A stretch of DNA of 64,000 nt, taken from assembly GCA_963796055.1 (NCBI GenBank), contig CAWCKH010000004.1, positions 2,560,001 to 2,624,000 of the forward strand. The letters run 5' to 3'. Both the position numbers and the translations under genes were made by a program. Positions 52,825-64,000 of the stretch are shown here, piece after piece. The DNA is from an uncultured delta proteobacterium (lineage in GTDB: Bacteria > Myxococcota > Myxococcia > Myxococcales > Myxococcaceae). The stretch's first letter is position 1; every line of letters starts with the position of its first letter. The notes under the pieces were generated by a model. It was not told where the DNA came from. It did not search any database and saw only the letters and a program-made list of their open reading frames with translations.

Positions 52825-53589
52825 CTACCAGAGCTGCGAGTCCACGCGCAACGTGACGGCCAACCCGAGGACGATGAGCACGCCGCCCACCGGCCTGGCC
52901 AGCGCTCTGCCCCAGGAAACGTTCTTCTCGACCGCCATGACTGCGCCGAGGAGCAGCATCCATCCGAGGTTCCCGGCGCCCAGCGGGAACATGAGCAGCA
53001 TCAACGACCAGCAGCAGCCCACGCAGAACAGGCCGTGGTCGACGCCGAGCCGGAGCGCCTGCCGCCGGTGGCGCTGCCCAGTCCAGTGCTCGGTGACGAA
53101 GCTGAACGGCGACCGACACTTGTCGAGACACCGGTACTTGAGCCGGGTGAACTGATAGCCGCCGGCCACGAGGAGAGTGGCCGCACCGAGGAGCCATGCG
53201 TTCTCCGACAGCCAGGGGGTGCGCGCGGTCGCCTCCCGGAACGAGACCGCGCCGGCGTAGGCGAGTGCGCCAAATGCCGCCCACGTCGCAAGGTAGCCGG
53301 CGACCACCAGCGCGACGAGCAACGTGCGGTCGCGCCGTTCTCGCGCCACGGTCGAGAACACGCCCAGCAGCGGAATGCTCGTGGGCAACATCATCGCCAC
53401 GGTCATCAGGGTCCACCCGGAAACGAAGATCATCGCGGCGACGAACCCGCTACCGCTCGGCGGCGCGTGCTGGTGGGCGTGGTGGACGTAGTGGAGGTAG
53501 GGCGAGTGCCCCCAGTGCCAGAGCACGAACCACGCGATTGCGCTGACTGCCACGAGCAGGGTGACGAGCAGTCGGTGGTCGCGGCCCAT
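52825..53589 (-). CDS. DUF2182 membrane metal-binding protein
   Basis: WTLMTVAMMLP, YQFTRLKYRCLDKC, GLFCVGCCWSLM. Confidence 0.88.
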   Translation of the reverse strand: MGRDHRLLVTLLVAVSAIAWFVLWHWGHSPYLHYVHHAHQHAPPSGSGFVAAMIFVSGWTLMTVAMMLPTSIPLLGVFSTVARERRDRTLLVALVVAGYLATWAAFGALAYAGAVSFREATARTPWLSENAWLLGAATLLVAGGYQFTRLKYRCLDKCRSPFSFVTEHWTGQRHRRQALRLGVDHGLFCVGCCWSLMLLMFPLGAGNLGWMLLLGAVMAVEKNVSWGRALARPVGGVLIVLGLAVTLRVDSQLW

Positions 53590-53591
53590 CT

Positions 53592-54197
53592 CTACCCGAG
53601 GAAGGTGAACTCACCCTGGATGGCGTTGTGGCCACGCAGGTCGATGTCGAAGTCGAGCCGCGGTTCCTTGGCGCGGTAGTACTCGGCCTTGCTCACGAAG
53701 GCGGGTGCACCGGGGATGGTGGAGAACGCGGTGTCGAGCAGCTTGGTGACCTTGCCGGTTGCACCGGTGAAGGGGGCCATCCTCGCCTCGATGCGCTTGC
53801 CGATCTGAAGGGTCCCCCGGCCCTCGACCATGTCGAAGCGAATCGGCGCCTTCTCCACTGCGAGGATCTCGCCGTAGAGCCCGACGAGGTCCTTCACCGG
53901 CCCGGCCGCCTTCCCGGTCCAGACCCGGACCACGGCCTCATGCTGGGGCGGGCTGGCGCGATCGTCGACGAAATAGATGACCTTCCAGTTGCCCTTGAGC
54001 ACGTTGCCGGGGATGCGGTTGACGCCGGCGATGGTCAGGTCGGCCACGTCGACGCCGTCGATGGTGCCCTTGTCGATGTGCCAGGAGTTGACCGACAGGC
54101 ACGTGCCGTCCCCGTCGGGATCCTCGCCCACCCAGCAGGGACAGAGGATCTTGCAGGTGCAGACTTCGAGGAGCTTTCCTTCCAGCTGGTAGGGCAT
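53592..54197 (-). CDS. DUF1326 protein
   Basis: EVCTCKILCPC, WHIDKG, VDDRA; usual partner of DUF2182. Confidence 0.88.
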   Translation of the reverse strand: MPYQLEGKLLEVCTCKILCPCWVGEDPDGDGTCLSVNSWHIDKGTIDGVDVADLTIAGVNRIPGNVLKGNWKVIYFVDDRASPPQHEAVVRVWTGKAAGPVKDLVGLYGEILAVEKAPIRFDMVEGRGTLQIGKRIEARMAPFTGATGKVTKLLDTAFSTIPGAPAFVSKAEYYRAKEPRLDFDIDLRGHNAIQGEFTFLG

Positions 54198-54424
54198 GTT
54201 CCCTCCTCGGGTGCGCCACGTACTTCACCCCTCGGGCACTTGGCCTGCAAGGCGCGTGTGCTTGCCGCAGCCCGACGCAGCGACGGTGCTTCCAGCACGC
54301 GTGGCTTCCGTCCCAGGCGTTACACGGTGCGTGCGACCTCGGCGCAATCGACCAGGTTCCGGGGGAGGGGACGAGGCGGTGGCTCGCCGAGGCGATTCTC
54401 GCGGGCGAACCGGCTGGGCCTGGT

Positions 54425-54907
54425 TCACTGATCGGCGACCAGCCCGAGCGCGCGCTCCACGGCCTCGGCCGGAGTGCTCGCCCGGACGATCTCCGTTGCC
54501 GGCACGCCTCGCCTCGCCAGCTCCCAGGTGTCGATGCCCACCACGGGTTTGCCGGTCTTCAGCGCGAGCGCTATCTCCGAGAGCGTCCCGAACTCGCCGC
54601 CGATGGCGATGAGCACGTCGGCGGTGCGGACCACGAGCGCGTTCCGTGCCTCGCCGAGCCCGGTGGGTATCGCGACGTCGACCCACGGATTCGCCGCGCG
54701 CCGGTCGAGCCCCGGGAGGATGCCGACCGTCCTGCCGCCGGCGGCCTTCGCCCCCCGGCAGGCCGCCTCCATCACCCCGCCCAGACCGCCGCAGACCACG
54801 AGCGCGCCTCGGGCGGCGACGAGACGTCCCACCTCCTCCGCGGCGAGGTCGAGCCGCCGCTCGCTGGCGCCGCTGCCCACCACCGCGACGTACAGGTCAG
54901 GTGTCAT
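54425..54907 (-). CDS. TIGR00725 / LOG-family Rossmann-fold nucleotide-binding protein
   Basis: VCGGLGGVMEAACRGA, ARNALVV, GGEFGTLSEIALAL. Confidence 0.88.
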   Translation of the reverse strand: MTPDLYVAVVGSGASERRLDLAAEEVGRLVAARGALVVCGGLGGVMEAACRGAKAAGGRTVGILPGLDRRAANPWVDVAIPTGLGEARNALVVRTADVLIAIGGEFGTLSEIALALKTGKPVVGIDTWELARRGVPATEIVRASTPAEAVERALGLVADQ

Positions 54908-55188
54908 GAGAGCCGTCCGGTGCCGCGGACTCTACCGCGCTGTCGTCCCCGTCCACGCTGCGGACCGATGCGCTCTGGACCGCTCACGGTTCAGTCCGGG
55001 AGCCGACGAGACCTGGCAGCTCGTGGAATGGCTCGATGATGGCGAGGCGGACCCCTTCCAGACCTACTGCGACTACCCGCTGGACTGCGTGCCACAGCCG
55101 GGACAGCCGTTCGGCGAGAAGACGTTCCGCTTCGCCGGAGCGGGACTGACGACCGTCACGGTCTCCCTGCATCCGCCCTGAGCACGCG

Positions 55189-56073
55189 CTACGCCGCGAT
55201 GCCCGGCGCGGCCTGCCGGTCGGTCGGTCGGTCCTGAATCCGGCGCCTGTACTCCTCGGCCGGCGCGACGAACTTCGGATCGCCGTGGTGCAACCTGGCC
55301 GCCTCCGCGGGCCCCCGGGGACGGACCACCGCCTTGGGCTGGAACTTCCGGAAGGCGAATGCCTGCTGTACGACGATGTTCTGCGGCCAGCTCACGTCCA
55401 GCCCGTAGCTCTCCGGCTTCCGGTCAGGCAGATAGGCGGTCCGGAGCAGCCAGTCCCAGAACGCGAACTTCGTGGCGAAGTTGACGTCATGAACCTCGCG
55501 GGCATGGTGCCAGCGGTGCATGTACGGCCCGTTGACCAGGTACTTCAGCTTCCCCATGTCCCAGTCGATGTTGGAGTGGATCCACATCCCCCAGCAGGCA
55601 TCGATGACCGACTTGATGGCCGCCACCTCGGGGGACATGAACAGCACGATGGGCGCCAGCTCTGCCGTCCCGGTGATCATGTTCTCGATCACGTGACCGC
55701 GCGAACCCCCCACCCAGTCGACGGCCGGTGTCGAGTGGTGGGCCTCGTGGATGCGCCACAGGTACTTGTTCACGTGCATCGCACGGTGAAAGAGGTAGAT
55801 GAACAGGTCGTGGGTGAAGAGGGAGACCACGATCTGTGACCAGAGAGGCCACTCGCGGATTCCCCGTGTCTGGCTCCAGCCGGTGAGATGGTCGATCCCG
55901 GGGATGACGAACCTGGCCGCCAGGAACCCCATGAGCACCGAGAAGACGGTGCTGAACCAGAGCAGGTCGGTCCAGAACTCGCGGCGCAGGAAGGGCTGCG
56001 GCTCGTACGGGAACCGCCGCTCGAGGGCGACCATCAGAAGCGCCCAGAGAACGATGAGGACCGTTGGGAGCAA
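55189..56073 (-). CDS. Sterol desaturase / fatty acid hydroxylase superfamily protein
   Basis: His boxes HRAMH, HEAHH, HSN, HRWHH; TM helices; TTG start inferred. Confidence 0.88.
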   Translation of the reverse strand: MLPTVLIVLWALLMVALERRFPYEPQPFLRREFWTDLLWFSTVFSVLMGFLAARFVIPGIDHLTGWSQTRGIREWPLWSQIVVSLFTHDLFIYLFHRAMHVNKYLWRIHEAHHSTPAVDWVGGSRGHVIENMITGTAELAPIVLFMSPEVAAIKSVIDACWGMWIHSNIDWDMGKLKYLVNGPYMHRWHHAREVHDVNFATKFAFWDWLLRTAYLPDRKPESYGLDVSWPQNIVVQQAFAFRKFQPKAVVRPRGPAEAARLHHGDPKFVAPAEEYRRRIQDRPTDRQAAPGIAA

Positions 56074-56196
56074 ACCGTCTGGAGTTATCAGCGGAAGAGG
56101 CGCTGCGCAGCTTTTTTCGCACCAACCGCCCGGCTCGCCTGGATGTCGACTTGACGTGGGGCTCGTTGCCGGTGAAAGGGGTGTCATCTCCATCCG

Positions 56197-57573
56197 ATGA
56201 CCGTCCCGTTCCTCCTAGTCGCAGCGCTCGCTGGAGTGGTGGCCGTGGCGGCCTGGGTCCGTACCCCGGAATACGACCGTCCGCGGATCTACCCGCGCGA
56301 CCCCGAGCGCTGGGCCGGCATCACCGGAAAGCCGGCGTCGCTCCGGCACGGGCTGCGGACGCTCCTGTTCTGGGCGATCGCGGCGTTCGGACTGGGCGTC
56401 GGTGGCGCAGTGGCATCGGCCTTCGCTCCGGGTGAAATCGGGCTCGCGCTCGCGGCCGGGGTCGCGCTCGGCGCGGTGCTGGCCACCTGGACGGCCGCGC
56501 GGATGTTGCAGGTCGGCCCTGGAGCGATGCGAATGATGCCCCGCCATCGCAAGACGCCCCTCGGGCGGGTGCCCCGCGTGCTCTTCATCGGGGGCTCGCC
56601 CAACCAGACCAGACAGATGCTGCAGATCGCCCGGGCGCTCCCGGAGGTGGAGGCCTGGTTCTCCCCGTACTACTCGGACTGGCCGCACCACGTGATGCTG
56701 CTCAAGCTTGGATCGCTCGAGCCGGCGATCAACGGCCACAAGCGCCGGGGCATCTGCGCCGACGAGCTGAACGGGCACGGGCTCCGGATCGACCTCGGCG
56801 CGGAGCGCAATGAATACGATCTCTGGGTCTGCCCCAACGACGCCGCGCTTCCGCGCGGGCTCGCCCGAACTCCGATGGTGCTGGTGCAGGAAGGCATCAT
56901 GGAGCAGCCCAACTGGCGCACCTGGGTCTGGCGGAACACGCGGCTGATGCCGAGGCCGCTCGCCACCACGGCCGTGTTCGGGCTCACCCAGCGGTACGAG
57001 AAGTTTTGCGTGGCCAGCGAGGGGTACCGGAAGCAGTTCGCGGCCGAGGGCATCCCGTCGGGGAAGCTGGTGGTCACCGGCATCCCCAACTTCGACGACT
57101 TCGCCCGCTTCCGGGACAACGACTTCCCTCACCACGGCCACGTGCTGGTCTGTACCAGCGATGGGCGGGAGACGATGATGGCGGTCGACCGTCCCGCGCT
57201 GCTCAGGCGATCCGTGCAGATCGCTGCGGGCCGGCAGTTGATCTTCAAGCTCCACCCCAACGAGAACGTGGAGCGGGCCACCCGGGAGATCCTGGCCATC
57301 GCCCCGAAGGCGCTGGTCTTTGCCGGCGGGAACGCCGAGGAGATGGTGGCCAACTGCGAGGTCTTGATCACCGAGCACAGCTCGCTCACCTTCTGCGGTC
57401 TGGCTCTGGGCAAGGAGGTCCACACCAACCTCCCCCTGGAACAGGTCGAGGCGCTGCTGCCGGTACAGAACCGGCGCGCTGCCGCCGAGATTGCCGACGT
57501 GATACGGGACGTCCTCCGCGCCCGGGGTCGGGCGCCGGAGGTCGGAACCGGCGCGCAGCGGATCGCGTCTTGA
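56197..57573 (+). CDS. Membrane-anchored GT-B-fold (glycosyl/glycerophospho-transferase-like) protein
   Basis: Three N-terminal hydrophobic segments; LVQEG, VTGIPNFD, FKLHPNE, CEVLITEHSS. Confidence 0.6.
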   Translation: MTVPFLLVAALAGVVAVAAWVRTPEYDRPRIYPRDPERWAGITGKPASLRHGLRTLLFWAIAAFGLGVGGAVASAFAPGEIGLALAAGVALGAVLATWTAARMLQVGPGAMRMMPRHRKTPLGRVPRVLFIGGSPNQTRQMLQIARALPEVEAWFSPYYSDWPHHVMLLKLGSLEPAINGHKRRGICADELNGHGLRIDLGAERNEYDLWVCPNDAALPRGLARTPMVLVQEGIMEQPNWRTWVWRNTRLMPRPLATTAVFGLTQRYEKFCVASEGYRKQFAAEGIPSGKLVVTGIPNFDDFARFRDNDFPHHGHVLVCTSDGRETMMAVDRPALLRRSVQIAAGRQLIFKLHPNENVERATREILAIAPKALVFAGGNAEEMVANCEVLITEHSSLTFCGLALGKEVHTNLPLEQVEALLPVQNRRAAAEIADVIRDVLRARGRAPEVGTGAQRIAS

Positions 57574-57590
57574 CGGAGAAACGGAAAACG

Positions 57591-58922
<1,332 letters not shown>

Positions 58923-58930
58923 GACGCGGG

Positions 58931-59749
58931 TTACTTGGGGGGCGCCTTGCGCTCGTGCTCGGGAACCCGGGTGCGCGAGGCGTCCACCGTCTTCAGCTCG
59001 CCCAGGTGGTGCCGGTACCAGTTCACCCCGGCGAACTTCTGGTTGAGGGCGAAGACCTCGGGGTGGGCTTCCAGGTAGTCCAGGATGGCCTGCAGACCGA
59101 ACGGCGGCTTCCCCTCGGAATACAGCGCGTCGTACACGCGGCGGATGAGCTCGTAGTCCTCGGCGTAGTCGATGGTCAGCCGGTGCGTCATCTGGAGGTC
59201 ACGGTCCCAGACGACGTTCTTGAGCTTGAACCGCTCGGGGCGCTCCCAGATGAACGGAGTGGTGTGCTCGCGCTCCATCGGGAGCTTGGCCTCGCGCCAG
59301 GCGGTCTCCAGGGTGTCGCGCCGCATGACCTCCACGTCGTAGCCGTCCGGCCAGGTGGCGGGGTGGAGGTTGGACACGTAGTCGTATGACGGGTCCTCGA
59401 GGAATGCGCCGATGATCCGGTCGACCACCGCCGGATCGATGAGCGGGCAGTCGGAGGGGATCTTGGAGACGGCGTCGCAGTCGGTGGTACGCGCGGCGGC
59501 GATGTGCCGATCGAGCAGGTCGGTGGGGTGGCCGCGGACGCAGGCGACGCCGGCCTGCTTCGCCAGCTCGACCACCGGGTCGTCCGAGGCAGCGGTGGTG
59601 GTGGCGACGACGATCTGTGCAGGGGTCCGGGCCGCGTGGAGCCGCTCCAGCATCCGGACCAGCAGCGGCTTGCCGGCGAGCGGCATCAGCACCTTGCCGG
59701 GGAGCCGGGTCGAGCCGGTGCGCGCCTGGACGACGACCAGAACCTTCAC
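58931..59749 (-). CDS. SpsF-like cytidylyltransferase family protein
   Basis: VVQARTGSTRLPGKVL, SDCPLID, REHTTPF, RLTIDYAED. Confidence 0.88.
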   Translation of the reverse strand: MKVLVVVQARTGSTRLPGKVLMPLAGKPLLVRMLERLHAARTPAQIVVATTTAASDDPVVELAKQAGVACVRGHPTDLLDRHIAAARTTDCDAVSKIPSDCPLIDPAVVDRIIGAFLEDPSYDYVSNLHPATWPDGYDVEVMRRDTLETAWREAKLPMEREHTTPFIWERPERFKLKNVVWDRDLQMTHRLTIDYAEDYELIRRVYDALYSEGKPPFGLQAILDYLEAHPEVFALNQKFAGVNWYRHHLGELKTVDASRTRVPEHERKAPPK

Positions 59750-60162
59750 TTTGCAACCTCCGTGAACGGCAGGAGCCGGGTGTGTAGCGCAACGGACGAG
59801 ACCGCGCCGGCAAACTCGTCCGACCCCGGGACATGCCCGCTGTCTCGGAGCGGAAATCGGCCGCCGCCCGTGGTCTCAAATGGCCTCGCGCACAACGAGC
59901 GAGGTGGCGGCTGCGACCGGAACGCCACAGTTTCGTCCCGTCCCGTGGAGGGGTGTTGAGCGCGACACGAATGCATTGGAGGCTGGGGCGGACGGCTTCT
60001 CCTGGTGGGACGAGACCCAGCGGGGCAATTCGTCGGTGATGGGAGTGCCGGGCAATCCTGTGCTCCAGCAGCCGTTCCACGACGTGCTGAACGGGCCGCT
60101 CGCGCCCAATCTGGTGGACCGGCCGATCGTCCACTGAAGCCCGCGTCGGGACGGCTGACTGT

Positions 60163-60906
60163 CTAGAGCACGCCCCAGCCGCCGGGGTCCTCGTAGGTGA
60201 TGCGGATGTCCGACTCTGGCGGAGGGCGGGGGACCTCGCGGCGGACGTTGGGCACCTGGGTCTGTGCGACCGTCGGTGGACGCGGCGGACGGGGTTCGGG
60301 GTTGTTGGTCGCGGCGAATCCGCGGATCGCGGCGCGTGCCGGGCTCTCCTCCTCGGCGGGTTGAGAGACGCTCGTCCCGTTCCGTGGCGGTACCACCGGA
60401 ATCTCGCGGGGCCGCAGCGCGCGCGTTCGCACGGTCGGGAGGTCCGCGTCGTCGAAGCGCCGATCCGGGGCGGGCAGGGGGACCGACTCCACCATCGGCT
60501 TGGTCGTCACCCCCGCCGGTGCGCGGAACGACGGACCGAGCAGCGCGCGGTCGGACTTGCGGCGGTCTCCGCCGCCCGTTCGCCGCTCGAACGCGCGTTG
60601 CAGCGGATTCTCCGGCAGCGGCTCCACCATCCGCTTTGCGTGGCCCAGCACCTCGTCCACGTGCGCCATCAGCGGCTCGACCGCGGGCCCGTACAGCTTC
60701 CGGATCGCCTTCCCCATCGCCTCGAGCCGGCCGGCGTCCTCGCCGACCAACGGCGCGACCAGCGCCTGCGCCTTGCTGAACACCGCGCGGAAGCGCTCCA
60801 GCTCGTCGTAGAAGTCCTGAAGCCTGGCCCTGTCGAGGTCGTCCACTACCTGCTCCTCCCGTACATCGCCCACCAGCAGACTACCGGTCTGTAGCGACAC
60901 CCCCAA
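60163..60906 (-). CDS. Hypothetical protein
   Basis: 247-aa ORF; helical N-terminal half, Pro-rich C-terminal half; co-oriented with neighbours. Confidence 0.55.
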   Translation of the reverse strand: MGVSLQTGSLLVGDVREEQVVDDLDRARLQDFYDELERFRAVFSKAQALVAPLVGEDAGRLEAMGKAIRKLYGPAVEPLMAHVDEVLGHAKRMVEPLPENPLQRAFERRTGGGDRRKSDRALLGPSFRAPAGVTTKPMVESVPLPAPDRRFDDADLPTVRTRALRPREIPVVPPRNGTSVSQPAEEESPARAAIRGFAATNNPEPRPPRPPTVAQTQVPNVRREVPRPPPESDIRITYEDPGGWGVL

Positions 60907-60941
60907 TTTTTCGGCTGCAGTTTTCAGGGGTTGGGAATGGA

Positions 60942-62219
60942 CTAGCGGGCGAAGACCGATTTCCCCGCCACCCAGGTCTGCCGGATCCGCGTCAGGGCCT
61001 GCACGTCTACTTCAGGGTTCCCGTCCACCAGGACCAGGTCCGCCGGGCCGCCCACGGCCAGGCTGCCGCGTGTCCCGTCCTTCATCCGCCTCGCCGGGGC
61101 CGAGGTCAGGGACACCAGGATGGCCCGCCAGTCCATCCCCGCGCCCGCCATCCGTCCCACCTCCTCGTCGGCGTCCTTCTCCGGGATGTAGCCGACGTCG
61201 GTGCCGAAGAGCACCTCACCGCCGGCAGCGGCGAACGCCCGGAGCTGCTCGGCGCCCGCCCGGACGAACCGCTCGCGGACCTCGTCGGGCGCCCCCGCGC
61301 GCTGCATCTCCACCCGCCAGAGGCTCAAGGTCGGCACGAGCCCCATCGCCTTCCCGCGGATGCGCGCAATCAGCTCGGGCGTCCACGGGCCGGCGTCGGG
61401 CGCGGTGTGGGCGAGCACGTCCACCCCGCCGTCGATCGAGGTCGCGACTCCTTCGGCCGACTGCGGATGGGCGAAGACCAACAGGCCATGGCGGTGGGCT
61501 TCGGTCGCGGCGCCCCGGACCACGTCCAGCGCCATCAGCCCGGTCTTCCCACCTCCCAGCCAGGTCCCCACGAAGAGCTTCACCCCGCGCGCCCCGAGCT
61601 GGACGCTCGTGCGGACGAATTCCGCCGCTTCCTCGGCAGTTCGGGGCTGCGCGAGCTGCGCCGCCCTCTCGTCGCCAAGCGCCTTCCGGACGTAGATGGG
61701 CACCTGGTCGACCGGGAACATCGAGATCCCGGTGGTGAGGATGCGCGGGCAGTCCAGGTGCGATGCCCGCTCCCGCAGGACGACGGTGTTCCCCGGATCC
61801 GAGCTCAGATCGATCACGGTGGTGAACCCGCGTGAAGTGAGCATCTCCGCGCACGCTCGACTCAGCGCCTCGGCGGGGCGAATGGCCGCGTTCGCGAAGC
61901 GCGGTTCGGTGAAGTGGACATGCACGTTCCAGAACCCCGGAAGCACCGTCCCGCCGTGACCGTCGACCCGGTGGGCTCCGGTGGGCACGCGGACCGACGT
62001 CGACCGGCCGAGCGCAGCCACTCGACCGTCCCGTATCACCACGGTCCCGTCCTCGATCGCCGCACCGGTCGCCGAGGGAAGGATCCGCGCGTGCTCGATC
62101 ACCCACGTCTCGCCGGCCCGGGCCTCCACCCCGAGCACCAGCGCCACGACACAGACAGCCTCACGCCACCCGCGACTCGCCGCGCGGCGGCTCCGCTGCT
62201 CGATCCCGGGACTCGGCAT
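60942..62219 (-). CDS. Amidohydrolase family protein
   Basis: VLPGFWNVHVH, VFAH, VLAH, FGTDVG, ADLVLVDGNP. Confidence 0.88.
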   Translation of the reverse strand: MPSPGIEQRSRRAASRGWREAVCVVALVLGVEARAGETWVIEHARILPSATGAAIEDGTVVIRDGRVAALGRSTSVRVPTGAHRVDGHGGTVLPGFWNVHVHFTEPRFANAAIRPAEALSRACAEMLTSRGFTTVIDLSSDPGNTVVLRERASHLDCPRILTTGISMFPVDQVPIYVRKALGDERAAQLAQPRTAEEAAEFVRTSVQLGARGVKLFVGTWLGGGKTGLMALDVVRGAATEAHRHGLLVFAHPQSAEGVATSIDGGVDVLAHTAPDAGPWTPELIARIRGKAMGLVPTLSLWRVEMQRAGAPDEVRERFVRAGAEQLRAFAAAGGEVLFGTDVGYIPEKDADEEVGRMAGAGMDWRAILVSLTSAPARRMKDGTRGSLAVGGPADLVLVDGNPEVDVQALTRIRQTWVAGKSVFAR

Positions 62220-63366
62220 ACGCGGCAGGCGCCTCCTGCGAGGTAGACCCGGTCAGCGCTGCGCCCACGATCCAGTGGATCGCCCGCTGGAAGGAGACGC
62301 TGTTGTACGTCCGGGCGAGGGCGTCCATGGCTCCCGACGAGATCATGTCCCGCAGCAGGTACCCAGCGGCAAACCCCAGCGTGAACCTCCGCCGCAGCGC
62401 GCGCAGGTACCCCCGCCACGCCACCCGCTCGGTCGCCTCGCCCCGGACCACCCGCGCCACCGCGTCCGCGCCGTAGATGCCCGACTGCATCGCCTGGCTG
62501 ATGCCCTCGCCCGTCCCGTGGTGCGTCAGCCGCGCCGCCTCGCCGATCAGCAGCGCCCCCGGCCGGGTCACGTTGGCGATCCAGGTGGTGTGCACGATGG
62601 GATGGCCCTTCCACTCGCCGACCTGCTTCGCGGTCGACAGCAGATCTGCATAGTGCCGGTCCAGGAACCGCTGGAAAAGCGCCCGCAGATCGTGCGGCAC
62701 CTTCCGCCCGTATTCGTCCTGGGCGTCGATGCAGATGCCGATGTTCACCCGCGTCGGCGTCTCCGGAAACAACCAGCCGTAGAGCGGCGACAGCTCCCGG
62801 TCGAAAACCATGTCCAGCCGCCCAGGCTCGAAGTTCGGCCCTTCCCACCAGCCCATCAGCGCGTCGATGTGCCGGCGCTCCCGGTCGTCTCGCGAGAACA
62901 GGCTGTGGGCCCCGTCCGCGAACAGCGTCCACCCTGCGCGGATCTCGCTCCCGTCCAGCCCTCGCACACCGACCACCCGACAGCCCTCCTCCAGCGCCTC
63001 CGTCACCCGGAACCCGCCGCGGAACCGCACCCCCAGCGATTTCGCCCGCTCCACCAGGAGGTTGTCGAACTCCTTGCGGAGGAGAATCACCGCCGCCGAG
63101 TTCGCCGGGACCCGCAGCTCCTCTCCGGACGGGGTCACGAAGCGCACCGTCAATACTGGATTGGCCCGCTTTCGAAGCTCCGGTCCGATGCCCAGCGCCT
63201 CGGCCAGGTGCAGCGCGCTCGGCGACAGCCCCGAGCCGCAGGTCTTGTTGCGCGGGAACTGGTCCCGGTCCACCAGCAGCACGTCCTTGATTCCCAGCTG
63301 GCCCAGCTGCACCGCCGCCGCGGCGCCCGAAGGACCCGCACCCACGATGAGGATCTCGGTCTCCAT
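62161..63366 (-). CDS. Geranylgeranyl reductase-family FAD oxidoreductase
   Basis: IVGAGPSG, FPRNKTCGSG, ADGAHS, YGWLFP, GEGISQA. Confidence 0.88.
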   Translation of the reverse strand: METEILIVGAGPSGAAAAVQLGQLGIKDVLLVDRDQFPRNKTCGSGLSPSALHLAEALGIGPELRKRANPVLTVRFVTPSGEELRVPANSAAVILLRKEFDNLLVERAKSLGVRFRGGFRVTEALEEGCRVVGVRGLDGSEIRAGWTLFADGAHSLFSRDDRERRHIDALMGWWEGPNFEPGRLDMVFDRELSPLYGWLFPETPTRVNIGICIDAQDEYGRKVPHDLRALFQRFLDRHYADLLSTAKQVGEWKGHPIVHTTWIANVTRPGALLIGEAARLTHHGTGEGISQAMQSGIYGADAVARVVRGEATERVAWRGYLRALRRRFTLGFAAGYLLRDMISSGAMDALARTYNSVSFQRAIHWIVGAALTGSTSQEAPAAYAESRDRAAEPPRGESRVA

Positions 63367-63472
63367 TGTTGGACCCACCCCAGGTAGCGAGATGTGGTCG
63401 CCTGCTCAAGCGTCTCTGCATGGGCCCGCAACCTGTCCAACGGATGTCCGTCGTCTATGCTGCGGGAACACC

Positions 63473-64000
63473 GTGCCCCAGACCGCCGAGCGTCCCGTCC
63501 AGTCACCTCGCCGCCCCCGGTTCGTCGGCGAGCTGGACACGCTCATCCGCGCCCGGTACCCGCTGGTCTACCTCGTCTCCTCCGAGGAGGCGCGGGTCGA
63601 CGAGCTGCTCCGCGGCATCGCCACCGGCCACGGCAAGTCACTCATCGGATGGTCGGCCGTCCGCGGGCTCCACCGCCTCGACGAGACCCGGGGCGTCGCG
63701 CTCCCCGACCAGACCGAGGAGCCATTCGCCGCGCTCCAGGCCCTCCGCGGGCTTCAAGAGCCAGCGCTGGTCGTCCTCAAGGACCTCCACGCCTGGCTCG
63801 ATGACCGCCGCCTCGTCCGTTCGCTTCGCGAGCTCGGCCAGTCGCTGAAGAGCAGCTACACCACCGTCATCGTCCTCGCCCCGGTGCTCCAGCTCCCCAT
63901 CGAGCTGGAGAAGGAGATCGCGGTCCTCGACGTCCCCCTGCCCACCTTCACCGAGCTGGCCGACCTGCTCCGGGACATCGTGGGCGTGCTCCGCAAGGCC
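63473..64000 (+). CDS. Ycf46-like AAA ATPase, 3' partial
   Basis: Read manually: ELDTLIRARYPLVYLVSSEEARV...VLKDLH...LPIELEKEI; runs off the window. Confidence 0.8.
   Translation, partial: MPQTAERPVQSPRRPRFVGELDTLIRARYPLVYLVSSEEARVDELLRGIATGHGKSLIGWSAVRGLHRLDETRGVALPDQTEEPFAALQALRGLQEPALVVLKDLHAWLDDRRLVRSLRELGQSLKSSYTTVIVLAPVLQLPIELEKEIAVLDVPLPTFTELADLLRDIVGVLRKA

Noticed and set aside
54906..55181. Plus-strand ORF MRAVRCRG...SLHPP
   Set aside because: Its start overlaps head-to-head with the TIGR00725 gene; may be a gene fragment but cannot be supported.

Overview
High-GC chromosomal window, very probably from a Myxococcota (myxobacterial) genome. The tmRNA tag peptide reads ANDNVELALAA and the gene order resembles Myxococcus. 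Positions 1-37.4 kb are mostly core genome: an sspB-like gene, a FecR/LysM/HD-GYP (PmxA-like) operon, a nitrilase, rimP-nusA-ylxR-infB-DUF503-rbfA-truB-rpsO-pnp-dut, a Ser/Thr kinase, purB, purC, trmJ, a HelD-like ATPase, htrA and an OmpA-family protein. Two near-identical IS1182-family copies interrupt this region, each inserted exactly at a CTAG that contains a stop codon. The tmRNA gene ssrA (37476-37837) is followed by two tandem islands, each ending in a copy of the tmRNA 3' end (45065-45084 and 52768-52792). Island 1 carries a tyrosine integrase whose att site lies inside its reading frame. In the integrated state the integrase reads antisense through the whole tmRNA (120-aa tail), and excision would join it in frame to a 97-codon tail located at the far end of the island. 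Island 1 also has arm-type repeats, an excisionase, an RHH-like protein, an iteron-like array, a ~150-nt hairpin, a 20-bp palindrome and a kinase-TolB-TPR cargo gene. Island 2 is decayed. It holds an IS21 remnant, a GAF/PAS-kinase and two tandem 'cargo gene / IS91-ISCR transposase remnant / oriIS' units. Positions 52.8-64 kb carry a DUF2182/DUF1326 pair, a sterol-desaturase/GT-B/aminotransferase/cytidylyltransferase cluster, an amidohydrolase, a GGR-family oxidoreductase and a partial AAA ATPase. All calls come from reading the sequence and recognising motifs; no database searches were run.
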